DNA of 46,864 nucleotides, the filler included, from Sphacelaria rigidula (taxonomy: Eukaryota), in the NCBI GenBank assembly GCA_964200075.2. It is 2 parts of 2 records of this genome, joined end to end, with 100 filler letters (N's around TTAATTAATTAA, not from the genome) between each part and the next. Parts side by side here need not be neighbours in the genome. Positions count along the whole stretch, not along the records: positions 23,489 to 46,864 come from CAXNAA020000266.1; 1 more part is not named here. One strand, 5' to 3'. The translations under genes were made by a program, and so were the position numbers. The notes beneath the pieces are model-generated. The model ran no database searches. It saw only the letters and a list, made by a program, of their open reading frames with translations, and had not been told where the DNA came from. How positions within the stretch are numbered: position 1 is the first letter of the stretch; every line of letters begins with the position of its first letter. Positions 23,601-35,701 of the stretch are shown in pieces.

Positions 23601-24654
23601 ATAACTTCTTGTTTTTTGTTATTTTCTTCTTTGCTGCTTACGTGATCTTCTGCAATTCGATCATAAAAAGCTGCTGTCAAAATTTCAGCGTCCAACTCCT
23701 ACTATCACGCCGTACGTCGCCTGAGCGAGATTTACACCTACTCTTGGCTGGCCAGCTCGTAGGACTTTCGAGTGCTAACGAAGAATACTGTAACATACCC
23801 AAAAATGAAAAATGCCCAACTGAGCCCTGCATAGCGCAGGGAGGGGGTGAAACATCCCAATCGCTCCAGCGAAATTTTTTACAGACCTTTATGTTTTATT
23901 TCCACCTGTTTATTGCGCTAGAGTCGAAGAGGAATGTGCTCCTAACAAAAAAACAGCCAATAACACCTTCTGTCCATTCAGCTCGTCAGTCGTTCAAAAT
24001 TGAGCGCAGAGATGATTTTTGTTTCGGAATGTGGCGCGGATGTCCATTATCTCCCGATCTCTGAACTTCGGGAGCAAGCCCTCGCTGGGATGAGCGGTGG
24101 TACGCAGAAAAACTATCGAAAATCGTAGACTACGAAAAACTTATAATAATTCCGTATTTCAGCTGAAAAGTACTACATATCAAACTCGAGATTCCCGGTA
24201 TATTTGACAGTAATATGCCGGCAACCTTGAGTTTGAGATATCCCAATACCTCATACAGTGGCAAGTAATGGAAACTCGATACGGAGGAAAGCACCCGTAC
24301 GTACGGCGAATAATCTGATACTACTACTGTCTACTGTAGAAAAATCCCTGGTACAGTAGTGGTATACATTTCCGGGGGGAGCCAGATCGATGTAATGCAA
24401 TTACGACAGTTTGGAGAAGAGTCGAATGGTGTGGCTTCGAACGGAAAAATCCATGGGCAGAAACAAGGGTATCTGGTTGTACGAATCATAGCCCACCTCT
24501 ACACTGTTGTGTACTGTACTTGCTGTGTTCTGTAGTACTGCACTTCATTCATCCTGCTGCACGACCCGTGTCCTGACTTACTGAGTGACGCCGCAGCGCT
24601 CAGCGAGATCGATCTCAGGCAAGGCAATGTTGTTGTCGGTACAGTATAATTTAG

Positions 24655-24752
24655 CCCTTGGACGGCGAGAGTAGGTAATCTGTTGAATCGAAATCAATTT
24701 CTCTTGAAAAAATTATGCATGATCTAGATGGACTACTCTCGCGGTCTAGAGA
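24655..24752. mobile_element. piggyBac-like MITE copy, opposite orientation to 26081-26178
   Basis: ttag|CCCTTGGACGGCGAGAGTAGG...CAATTTC..TTGAAAAAATTATGCATGATC..GATGGACTAC is the reverse-complement homologue of 26081-26178. Confidence 0.7.
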
Positions 24753-24990
24753 TTGACATTATAATAATATCGAGTGAAAAGTTGATAGTTACCGTATCAG
24801 CATTCCACAGGGGAATCTTCACACAGGCTTTCCTTGATTTTTACAGCACCCTCCTCCCAGTGCATGCGTGGGGCATGCTCGTGCCACGGCGTGGCACGTG
24901 ATGAGCTACAGGGAAATGAACTTCTGCAGAAAGAGAGCAAGCAGGGTAGTGGTGGAATAATACAGAGGTAGCCATGAAGAAGGAAGAGAG

Positions 24991-25333
24991 CACACGCGGC
25001 CATTTGTTTACCTTAAACTTCCTCCAGGTGGGTACACTTTTCGAGCCTCCGGAGGAATTGAATGCCTCCGGAGGGGTGCGCGGCCCTCCGGAAGAGATTT
25101 TTTGGTCCCCTCCAGAGGGGTTGAACGCCTCCGGAGGCTTATTCTTGCCTCCGGAGGGCCGCGCATACCCCCAAATACCTCCGGAGGGGTACCGGAGGGG
25201 TACGTGGCCCTCCGGGTCGGTAGAGTTTGGTCTCCTCTAAAGGCATGGAAGACCTCCGGAGGCTTGTGTTCCCCCTGGAGGGCCACGCATCCCTCTGGAG
25301 AGATTTTGGGGTGTAGCCAAATGGCCGCGTGTG
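24991..25333. mobile_element. CAC-ended MITE with internal CCTCCGGAGG palindromes
   Basis: 16-bp perfect TIR CACACGCGGCCATTTG / CAAATGGCCGCGTGTG. AG occurs on both flanks (2-bp TSD). About 14 CCTCCGGAGG-like copies inside. Confidence 0.85.
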
Positions 25334-25399
25334 AGTAAAATCCAAAGGTAGTTGTGGCCAACAGAGAGAGATGCTGACGGTCGGAAAAGAGAAGCGAAA

Positions 25400-26076
25400 G
25401 GGGGGCGCACGTATCGGAACGTCACTGGTATCGGAGTGACATGTTCCGTGAGATTTACTGAAGAGTAGTTTCTGGTGCCGGGGTAACAGGTTGCGTTAAA
25501 TCCCGAAAAGGTAAACGTGAGATCCACTGGTGAACAGTGGTGGTCACTGGCACGAAGGAGGGGCAAACGGCTAGGGAAGTCACTGGTCCTAGAGTGCCAG
25601 GTTCCCTGAGATTTACGCGAACAATATTCGAGTAAGCACTGGCACGAAATGGAGGCAAACGGCTAGAGAAGTCACTGGTCCCAGCGTGACAGGTGCCTTG
25701 AGATTCATTGATGAAGAGTGGTGGAGTAGTCACTGGTGCCGAGGTGACAGATTGTGTGAAATTCCAAACACATGAAATTCTGCGACGAGCGGGAGGCAAA
25801 TTGCGAGATGGGGAACGGAAGATCTTCTGCTGTGCGGTATGTCACAGAGAACGGAAGGATGAAATATTGCCATCTGGTGCGTCGCAGTGCGGGTAATTTC
25901 TGCGCTGTGGTGCGTCACAAAATGACATATGTGTGCAGGGAGACCGTTCCAACATAATGTTAATGCCTAATAAGAATACGAGGTTTTGGGCGCTTCGCAC
26001 CACCGCTCAAATCGAGCGATTCCAAGGCCAAGGATAGTGTGGAGTGTTTGACGCTGGACATATAATTTGCAGACAA
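25400..26076. repeat. Dispersed repeat family with internal TCACTGG subrepeats; other copies at ~30240-30555 and ~32985-33420
   Basis: GCGTCAYAAA..TGACAYMTGTGTGCAGG is shared by all three copies. GGCGCTTCGC.CCACCGCTCAA is in two copies and CACTGGCACGAAGGAG..GCAA.CGGCT is in two copies. Confidence 0.7.
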
Positions 26077-26080
26077 TTAA

Positions 26081-26178
26081 CCCTTGGACCGCAAACGTAG
26101 TCCATCTGAACCATGCATAATTGTTTCAAGTGGAATTGATGCCTATTCAACAGATGACTTACTCTCGCTGTGCAAGGG
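26081..26178. mobile_element. piggyBac-like MITE (98 bp)
   Basis: TTAA|CCCTTGGAC...GTGCAAGGG|TTAA. Confidence 0.82.
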
Positions 26179-27074
26179 TTAAGAAAACTAGAGGAAAAAA
26201 TGGGCATCTAGACAAATATCATGATTTCCTCGTCAACGAGAAGATCCCACAGAGGATGAAAGAACCCAGCTGCACAGAACCGGTCATTATCGGTCAAAAA
26301 TCGTCAATGCGAAGACCTGACAGAAGACACTGATTCTACACTGCTCCTGTGCACACCAAAACTCAACCGGTGGGTACACAGAAGACACCATGACCCAGGA
26401 GGTGGGGGCTATAACTAGCACTGGAGCAGGGACACGGCCATTTGAATTTCACAGGCCTTGACGGTACATTTTGATGCAAACGCGTCCTTCGGGAGGGGAT
26501 GGAACGATATCTTCGTCGGTTGTCGGCAGTCCCGTGAAGAAAAACCAAAGGTGTCACTGCTTGCGGTAGGCTATGGGCGTTTTTTATTCGTACCTGTCAC
26601 GTCTTCAGGTAAATTGTTGCCGGCCGTAAATGACCCATGCGTCGGATAACACCTCTTTCATTCTGGGATTTTTCTGGAGGGGGTGCGTTGATTTTGTTTC
26701 GGGAAGATGGGGCAGGGGTCATGAAGCAGTAGGGTAAGGTGAGTACGTTTGGACGATGTCTCCCGCGAATTCAGGGAGATCGTCACTCGTGTGTAAATTG
26801 CATATGTAATGGGCCACAAAGGTAGATACCACCCCCATCGTGTTTGGGGAGGGCTTACAGCGGTGTGAACCCCGAATGGACAGAAACAGGTGGTCGGGGA
26901 TAAATACTCTAATGTTTACACGTTCTATTTATGTGCTCCTGTGTTTGGGTGCATCGCCGTTCCACATGTTCGGGAGATTAGAAACGGATTTCTTCAAGGA
27001 ATGGGAGGTCTTTAATGATTTATACCAAGACGGTCGAATCTTCACCTCCCTGGAAGCCCGTGATGTCTCGGGAC

Positions 27075-27113
<39 letters not shown>
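27075..27113. repeat. (TTG)13 microsatellite
   Basis: Read directly from the sequence. Confidence 0.95.
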
Positions 27114-27116
<3 letters not shown>

Positions 27117-28099
27117 TTGCAAAAATATTTAAATTCGCGACGTGGCCAGGGCCGCGTTATGAGAAAAAAATGTGTCAAGAAGAGAAACAAAACCGCTTTG
27201 CACATTTTCGACCGTATCTCATAGAGCGTCACCGAATTCAAGTCTGATTGCGGCGGAATTCCCATCAGATCACGAGCTTTCAAGGGAGTAACGGTCGTTT
27301 CGGACGATTCGATCGTGCTGGTGTAAATCACGAAAAATCTCTCGTTCCGAGAAAAAAAAACGTTCCTAATCTCACGAACATGTTGTTGTTCGTCTGTAAC
27401 AGGCCAAAACGGTAGATACCACTCGTGTGATCATGTCTGGGAAGGGTGGAAAAGTATTTTCATCCTTGTATTTTTCCTTCACTGTTGGAGTAATCCAAGA
27501 TACTTGCCATTCGATAGGCGGAAAGGTGGATACCACTCCCGGGGGCGCCTGTTTTTCATCGTCACATGCGGTTTGAGTCCTGGCATGATCGATTGCTGAA
27601 GAAAAGTTTGAGATGTGAACAGTGAGGTTTGCGAGGGGCAGGGAGGTCCGGAGATCGCTGATGTGCCATGCCGGCACGGACCATACAAGATACATGTTGT
27701 TCAGGAAACGAAGAGTTTACCCATTGAACCAGTGAGCGCTCAGTATTTAGTTTAATGGGTAAACTCTTGCCTTTGTGCCAGCAGCCCCCCCTCGCCCAGA
27801 TCTGACTTCACCAATGTGGTTTATTCACTATTATGCGTCATCTGTCCAATTTCGGGCTCTCAGTGAATTTTACAACCTCTTGCCCGCGTGGGTTGTTGGA
27901 CACATCATTTTTCCAGGTGACATTCATGCTGACTCAATAGATGATCTATTCTGGCGGATCAAAATCTTTGTGTATCAAAGTATAATAATCTCAAAAATGT
28001 GCCTGGATTACCACGAATGTATCCCCAGTGTACTCGTAGTTACTGAGTTGTTTCGTGTGTATGTTGTCATCCCGTCTATTCTGAACGCCAGCTTACACC

Positions 28100-28420
28100 A
28101 TTCGGTATATGTGGGCGTATCGGCCGGGGTCACACAAAAGGAAGGCCAGCACAAGAGATTTTTCGTTTTCCCTTTCTTTTAGTTCTCCACCTACATACTG
28201 CGGTGCTTGCCTTATTTTTTTATAGCGAGAGGGCCTCAACGGTCCCTTTCCCTCGTCGACCGTGAAGGCGATTTTTTGTGTACAAACGACGCAGGCGCTG
28301 TCCACTGTTGGGCATGTTGTGAGAAAACGTCGCAAATCGTGTGACTTTACCGGGCTTTGAACCCACGGCCCAACCGTAAAAAATTTTCGAGGTTACCAAC
28401 TGAGCCACCGGGGCGACCGG
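28100..28420 (-). mobile_element. tRNA-derived SINE
   Basis: The minus strand begins CCGGTCGCCCCGGTGGCTCAGTTGGTAA (A box) ... GTGGGTTCAAAGCCCGG (B box). No intact cloverleaf. The 3' boundary is approximate. Confidence 0.7.
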
Positions 28421-29055
28421 TGGGTGGAGGAGGGGAGAAAAATCATCTACCTTCATAGTCGGCACTTTCGGCTATACAGCAGATTCATTTTCCAGGTGAA
28501 ATTGATGCCGTCTCAACAGATGGCATATGCTGGCGGATCAAGTATGTTGAGGTCGAAAGTCTCAATAACGTGGTCTGGATTACCCCGGATGTACCCCAGG
28601 GTAGTTGTGGTCGTTATGAACCCATTTAGGACCGGACTTCCCCACAATGAAATGTTTGTAGCACTTTTTCCCCGCAATCGTGTGGTAGCGGCAGGTGTCT
28701 ATTTGTGTTCTTTTGAGTCGAAATGATACCGATTCACAAAAAAGCCCTTGCAGCGTCATTTTGACCTAAGAACAACACAAATAGACAACTGCCGCCAACA
28801 CACGGTTGTGGGGTAGAAGGTCCCAAAAGGGGTATTGGGACTTGTTTCAGGACGTATTTGTTTACTTTTCGAGAAACTTTCCAAAGAAAAAAAAATCTGA
28901 CAAAAATCAAACGCCAGATATTCTGAGTAATATGCACGCGGTCTTGAATCGTTCTATTATTTAACCTATTTGAGAAATCTGCTGTCACATTCTTCAGGGA
29001 GGAGGTGTTTTTTCCCGAAGAAGTCGGGAAAGTCTGGAAAAAACAGTGGCGTTAG

Positions 29056-29636
29056 CCTTTGACGGCGAGAGCAGGTCATCTGTTGAACCGGTATCACTTT
29101 CACTTGGAAAAAATATGTATGATCCAGATGGACGACCCTTGCGGTCCAAGGGTGATCCCGATTCTGCAGATGGCTTTCTCTCGCTGTCTAGGAGTTAAGT
29201 AACGATCCCTACTGGGTTGTTTCGTGTGTGCAGAAGGGAACACAGACCCTGTACGAATCCCGTGTAGCCGGCCTCGATCTCCTGGCCGATCCTACATCAG
29301 TACATTGTGTTATCCCTCCACCCACGTACCCAGCACTTCCGGTTATCCAGCAGTCTAATTATTGCACTCCTAACGGCTTTTCGCCAACATTAGCCCTTTG
29401 ACGACGAGAGCATAGGTTATCTGTTGAACCGGCATCAATTTCACTTGACAAAAGTATTCATGATCGAGATGGACTACCCGCGAGATCTAAGGGTGATGCC
29501 GATTCAACAGGTGACCTACTCTCGCTGTCTAAGGGCTAGCCCTTTGACGGCGGGAGTAGGTTATCCGTTGCATCGGCATCAATTTCACCTGAGAACAATA
29601 TGCATAATCGAGATGGACTACTCTCGCGACCAAGGC
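29056..29636. mobile_element. Cluster of three piggyBac-like MITE copies (about 29056-29194, 29394-29535, 29540-29636)
   Basis: Repeated CCTTTGACGRCGAGAG...CTGTTGAACCGGYATCA..TTCACTTG...GATGGACTAC...CAAGG. The last two copies are joined at CTAG. Confidence 0.75.
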
Positions 29637-32600
29637 GTTCACACAAACCGGTATCACTTCACCTCACACAAGACAGTGTGGTATGTACCGACCCTGTGCA
29701 ACACCAGGACTCACGGAAGACGCCACGGCTCAGGGGATAGGGGCTGCAATGATGTACTGAAGAACTCACTATGAATGTGTTCGACGCTGCATTCTCCACC
29801 AGATGACAAGCTTTCGGTAAGCCTTCAGCGCCGGAGGTGCTGATATGTGGAATCGGTATCATTTCGACTTGAAGAAGGCCTGAATAGGATGCCGATTTCA
29901 CAAATAAATGAACAGCTCAGGTGGGTCGGGGGTTTGTTGAATAGGCATCATTTTCAGACCTCATTCAAGTGAATATAATCTCTACAATGACAATGTGTGA
30001 ATTCTCGAAGCACTCTGTGCCTACGGAGCCATGGAACACCTTCGCTGTCCGAGTGTTCACGGTCTGCCTTTCTCGGGTCACGGTTGGGCCTAGTGTTGGA
30101 AGTGCAGTTGGGGCAGTCTATCAAATATTCGGATATTATGGAGAGAGGGGCTAAAATCGAAATTGAGCCGTGTGACTGCCCCTTGTTGAATCGGCATCAT
30201 TTTCAGGCCCCTTTCAAGTAAAAATGATGCATACAACGTCAGAATATGTGAATTTCCGAACGAGTGGAACTTCGCGACGAATGAAAAATTCCGAGGAGGG
30301 AAGCGAAAAAGTGCGGTTTATCACAGAGAGGGGAAGAATAAAATACTGACACATAGTTCGTCGAGGTACGGGGAAATTCTACGCTGTCGTGCGTCACAAA
30401 ATGACACCTGTGTGCAGGGAAGCCGTTCAAAAATATGCTTAATGCAAATTGATGACAGAAAGCTTTTGGCGCTTCGCGCCACCGCTCAATGGAGTGTTTC
30501 CCAAGGCAAAGGTTCATGTGGAGTGTTCGGCGCTGAACATATGATTTGCAGATCATTTGATATTCTAAAGAAATAATGGGATCCTAGAAAGTGCATGTGT
30601 GTAGGTTGGCGATCGCACATCAGGCATAGAACTGCCCGTACAAGCGAAATGAGATAATCAGCCCGCGAGAAAAATGAACTCATCCACTTACAAAAGTTAC
30701 CTGCCAGTAGGGCTCCGTGCCCTCGGGGTAACCTGTGCATTGAAGTGCGCAACTTGATTCAAACAAAGGGCCTTAATCTGTTTTAGAGTCATGGCCTGCA
30801 TAGCCCCTCGGAATTAAAAAACATTGAAGTATTACATTGATCTGCGTAGCCAATCGAATCAGATCGCGCAGAGGAGGGGGGTATGGCACAAAGATGTCGC
30901 GGTGAGGTTGAATTGGTGGTGCAGCCGTGTGAGCCGAAGGGGCGAGTGGGTAGCGATTTTGCCGTCTGTTTGGATACATGCATTACTAACGTATCCCCTG
31001 CAGGCAACCTATTGGCATCGCACCGAACGATAGAGTACGCCGCTGTATGCACAGCCCCCGAGTACCCTTCGAACCGCCTTCTCAGACATTGTGTGTGTGG
31101 GCACCGGTGATTGTACTGTTGAAGTAAAGTGCGGTCGCCGACCTCTCGCAGTCATCGCTGGTATTTATGAATATTGGTGAAGATTTACAGTACATATATA
31201 CAGGTCGATGGCGCCGTGGCCTTTCCGATTGCCTCGCAGTTTCACAGGGAGGTCACCAAAAATATGTTGACTGTAGTTTGTACCCCCATACATGTGCAGG
31301 CAGTATCATGTTGTTCACTTTGCGGGGTCGTTGCTTGGCATGGGAGCGAGAGATGGGTAAATCGTATGAAGCTGCTTGCTGTTGTGCAACGAACAATCTC
31401 TCCAAAACGAGCCTGTTTTGATGATTCAGTGCCGATTGTCGCCGGCATACGTGGTTCGGCGGATTATGTTACCTCATTAAGAATTGCTACTGTACTCTCT
31501 GCGAGGGTTGTAGCCCACTTCATCGAACTTTCATGCGCCCAGTTTGACTTTTGGCCGGATGAACAATTTGTCGACCAGTCCACGAAAACGGTTTCGCAAG
31601 TGACCCCAAAAAGTCATCTGGGAGTGCCCTCGAAGTTTTTCGTGGACTGTTTACTGTTTGAGAAATCATTCGCCCGGCTGAAAGCACAAATGGACCTACG
31701 AAAAGGTCGGAGAGGGCGATGGAACCCTCTCGGGAAAGTACAGCAAGACTTTCCGAGGTGTCACAATCGGCAAAGCCTCGAACTACTCGTACTGCTGTTG
31801 TTCTCGGGGGAAGATTGGCGCTGAATTGCCCAATAAAATATATAGTAGTGCTATGCACGGCTTTCGTGGAGAAAATGTGTTCAAACCCCTGATAAAATAT
31901 AATTTGAATTTTCGTGCAACGATTGTGTGGCCCGTTTTTGCCGCACATCAACTACATGCCGATACAGTTAGTACAGTAGTGGACGGTCTATCTATTCGTT
32001 TTGTGGCATTTCGTGATATTTTCGTGGTTGGCGATTTCCTTGGGCTCTTTTGCTTGTCACCGCTTATCACATTGGGGATCTGAAGATACTTGTATCCGCT
32101 TCACATTCCAAGAAAAATAAATCGTCTGTACTCAATACTCAGTGACTTATGGACTGACTGGTCATCGGGGATCGTGACACCTTTCAGTCCAGATTCTTAC
32201 TCTTCAGTATTTTCGGTTGATCGAGTCTGTCCTGATCATCTTTTGTAAAGAAATGTACAATTTTACTTTTTTGAAATTCCACCTACTCATTGCTCTACAG
32301 CCGAAAAACTGTGTTTCACGGCCAATAATATCCTCCTCATAGACGGCTTATTTAGTCGTATCGCCCGACAACACCAACTAATACTGGCTTGGGCACTGTT
32401 TTTCGAGGATGATCTGTATATTGTACCAAAATCTACCGACGCTAGCAATTTCGAGTTCTATCGAAGAATAGTACGTCAGGAAAACCACAAAACACCGCTG
32501 AATAGTTAGACCGCCCACTACTGTAGTTCTTGCATCACGAGTGTTTCTTCAATGCCAAAACACAATGCACATCCCGCAACAGCACCCGCCACCTCAACAA

Positions 32601-33498
32601 ACGGTCAAAAACATCTGAGACGGAAGCAAACATCACCGAGTAGAAATTCCGCAAAGCATTCGCTCCATCTCAGAGGAAAATTCACGCCAGGTGTTCTCAC
32701 GATGAGTAGCAGTAGATCGATCTACTCCACCTGTTGCCCATATCAAACCTTTGACGACGAGCATGAATAGGTCATGCGTTCGATCTGCATCAAATTAGCT
32801 TGGAAAATGACCACATAGAACCACATATTTTTGAGCTTAAAATCGAGATTTGTTGTTGGAACGGAAGGTTTTTCGTGACTTATACCAAGGCGGTCGAATC
32901 GTCCGAAACGGCCGTCACCGCCCTGAAAGCCTGTAACCTGACGGGAATTATGTTGCAAAAATATTTGGAATAGACGAGGCCAGCACAGTCAAACGGCTCG
33001 GTGTGTCACTAGTGTCAAGTTCCGTGTGTTGAAATCCCAGGAAGGAAACGTTAAACGGCTCGTCACGTTAGTGGTGTCGGAGGTTCCGCGCGTTAAATTT
33101 CTAGGGGGAGAGGCAAGTGAAGAGTGTCGCGGAAACAGGTTGTGTCAATTCCGAGTCGGGAAACGCGAGATTCTGGTGAGCAGCTCACTGGCACGAAGGA
33201 GAGGCAAGCGGCTGGGGAAATCACTGATCCCAGAGTAAATTCCGCCGAGGAAGGGCAAATTCCGCGTGGGGAAACGGGAAGTTGCTGAGAAGGCGCGGTT
33301 TATCACAGAGAAGCGGAAGGATCACATACTGCCACCTGGTGCGCCGGGGTGCGGGGAAATGCCGCGTTGTCATGCGTCATAAATATGACACCTGTGTGCA
33401 GGAAAGCGGTCTGAAGAATAATAACATGTGTATAATAAAAATATATACATGAAAAATACCCCGTCACCCGTACGAGCCTTGATGTTTATAAATGTTCA

Positions 33499-34441
33499 CA
33501 CCCTGGACAACACAATATGTAATATATATTGCCCGCTCAATATGTCGACGCGTCGGGTGATCAATATATATTGGGCAAACGACATGATGACACGAGAGAG
33601 GGTCAATATATATTGTGCCATCAATATGTTAAGGCTCGCGACATGCAAAATATATTGACCGAACAATATATCACGACACGCGCCACCTCACTATATTTTG
33701 GCCGAGTAATATGTTGGTCCGAGAAAACACCAATATATATTTGTCGAGTAATATATTGGCTGCCACACGAGGTCAATATATATTGACGATTCAATATACT
33801 CGACACCCGAAGCGCCAACATATATTGCCGCCCCAATATGTCGTGCGTCAATGCGTCCAATATATATTGGGCGGACACTATACGAGGGAACCGACGGTCA
33901 CAATACATGTTGGTGTAGCAAAATGTATTGATTTTCAACATATTTATTGGAAATTGTATTGGAATGAGTATAATAGGCAGTTCTTTGTTCGCAGGCGCCA
34001 TTCAAAGACGTATTTTACATGCCGAAAATGCTCAATGTATTCCTCCGCAAGCGTGTTCAATATATATTGGCTGCACAATAGCTATCCGATCAACGTGCGC
34101 AATATATATATTGGAAAAACAATACTTCTGCATGGTTTGCGTTTAATATATATTATGGTAACAATATGCTACGGGTCGCCTCGACTCAACATATATTGAC
34201 GCTTCAATACACGCACGGCCGGCATGCATAATATATATTGAATGTTTTATTCTCGGAGCAACTGCATGCCCAATATATATCGGCATACATTACTTCATGA
34301 TCATGACACGAGCAATATATGTTACTGCTTCAATATCTCCGAGGATATCTCAACGCAACATATATTAAAAGGACAATCTTTGCGCTGGCTCCAATACAAA
34401 ATATTGGTATCATATTGGAACATATTGTATTGTCCAGGGTA
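33499..34441. mobile_element. Non-autonomous TIR element (CACTA/EnSpm-like ends) filled with a 42-43 bp periodic repeat-spacer array
   Basis: TIRs CACCCTGGACAACACAATATG / CATATTGTATTGTCCAGGGTA. About 18 units of CAATATATATTG-N6-CAATATR-N17/18. Confidence 0.8.
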
Positions 34442-34663
34442 TAAGCAACCCAGCCCCGGTGACCACAGGGGTACCAAAAGGCGCATATCGACCCGCGTTT
34501 TCTGTCGTCGTGATGTTTAGCCAATATATTTATGTTACATGCTGGAAAGGGGATGGGCGGCCCCGCACGGTGGCCAGATAGGTATCAGGAGGCATATATA
34601 CCGGGCCGCCTCTTCTATCACCATTTTTTCTGACCAGTATATATATATATATATATTATATAC

Positions 34664-35701
34664 GTCAAACGCATTCGACAACTTTCCGGAGTAGTGCGCG
34701 CGAACTTCTACGGCTCCCTTTGAAGTTTTTCCCGATCTGCACGGGCTCCGGCACCCATCGCGTCTAGATCTTTCTCAAAGCGTACACCATACTTATAGCA
34801 TCTAATATATATTGACCGGCAAATACATCGACACACACGTAGACCCAATATATATTGACCGGTCAATATGTTCCCACCAATGCGATCCTAATATATATTG
34901 GCCGTGCAGAATGCCGTCGCCCGCGCTACCCCAATATATACTGATGGAACAATATGGGTTCAACCCCATAGTACCAATATATGTATTGGACGAGCAATAT
35001 GTATGCAGTCCCACGACATCAATATATATTGGGCGCGCAATACGTGTGCAGTCCAAGGGTACCAATATATATATTACACCGGCAATAAATCGCAAAATTC
35101 CAATATGATCGACGAATATATATATATATATATATTGAAAATATATTGTATTGTCCAGGGTGTGATAAATATATGTATATGTCAAACGCATTCGACAACT
35201 CTCCCTAGTAATGTACGCGAACTTCTGCGGCTCCCTTTGAAGCTTTTCTCAATTTGCACGGGCTTCGGCACCCATCGCGTCTGGATCTCTCTCAAAGCGT
35301 ACACCATACTTATAATATCCAATATATATTGACCGACCAATACATTATCACCCACGCAGACCCAATATATATATATATATATATTGATCGATCAATATGT
35401 TCTCACCAATGCGACCCTAATATATATTGGTCGTGCAATATGCTGTCGCCCACGCTGCCCCAATATATATTGGTGGGACAATATGTGTTCAACCCCACAG
35501 TACCAAAATATATTTATATATATATATATATATATTTATTGGGCGAACAATATGTATGCAGTCCCACGACATCAATATATATTGGGCGCGCAATACGTGT
35601 GCAGTCCAAGGGTACCAATGTATATTACGCCGCCAATATATCGCAAAATTGCAATATGATCGACTAATATATATTGAAAACATATTGTATTGTCCAGGGT
35701 G
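34664..35701. repeat. Tandem duplication (34664-35162 and 35181-35701); each unit ends in the same right TIR and carries a 7-unit 43-bp array
   Basis: Both units start GTCAAACGCATTCGACAAC and end TATTGTATTGTCCAGGGTG. Their spacers are alignable to each other. Confidence 0.88.

Noticed and set aside
28340-28420. Functional tRNA gene (also 346-408)
   Set aside because: A and B boxes are present, but there is no pairing acceptor stem or proper anticodon arm. Better explained as SINE- or repeat-derived.
30560-31951. 216-aa ORF 31174-31824 and neighbouring ORFs as a gene or transposase
   Set aside because: No recognisable motifs or convincing splice structure. It may be a decayed TE, but I cannot support that.
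33499-35701. Calling the arrays a bona fide CRISPR locus
   Set aside because: The context is eukaryotic, there are no cas genes or leader, the repeat is bipartite and short, spacers are only 17-18 nt, and the array is bounded by transposon-like TIRs. Reported as a CRISPR-like architecture only.
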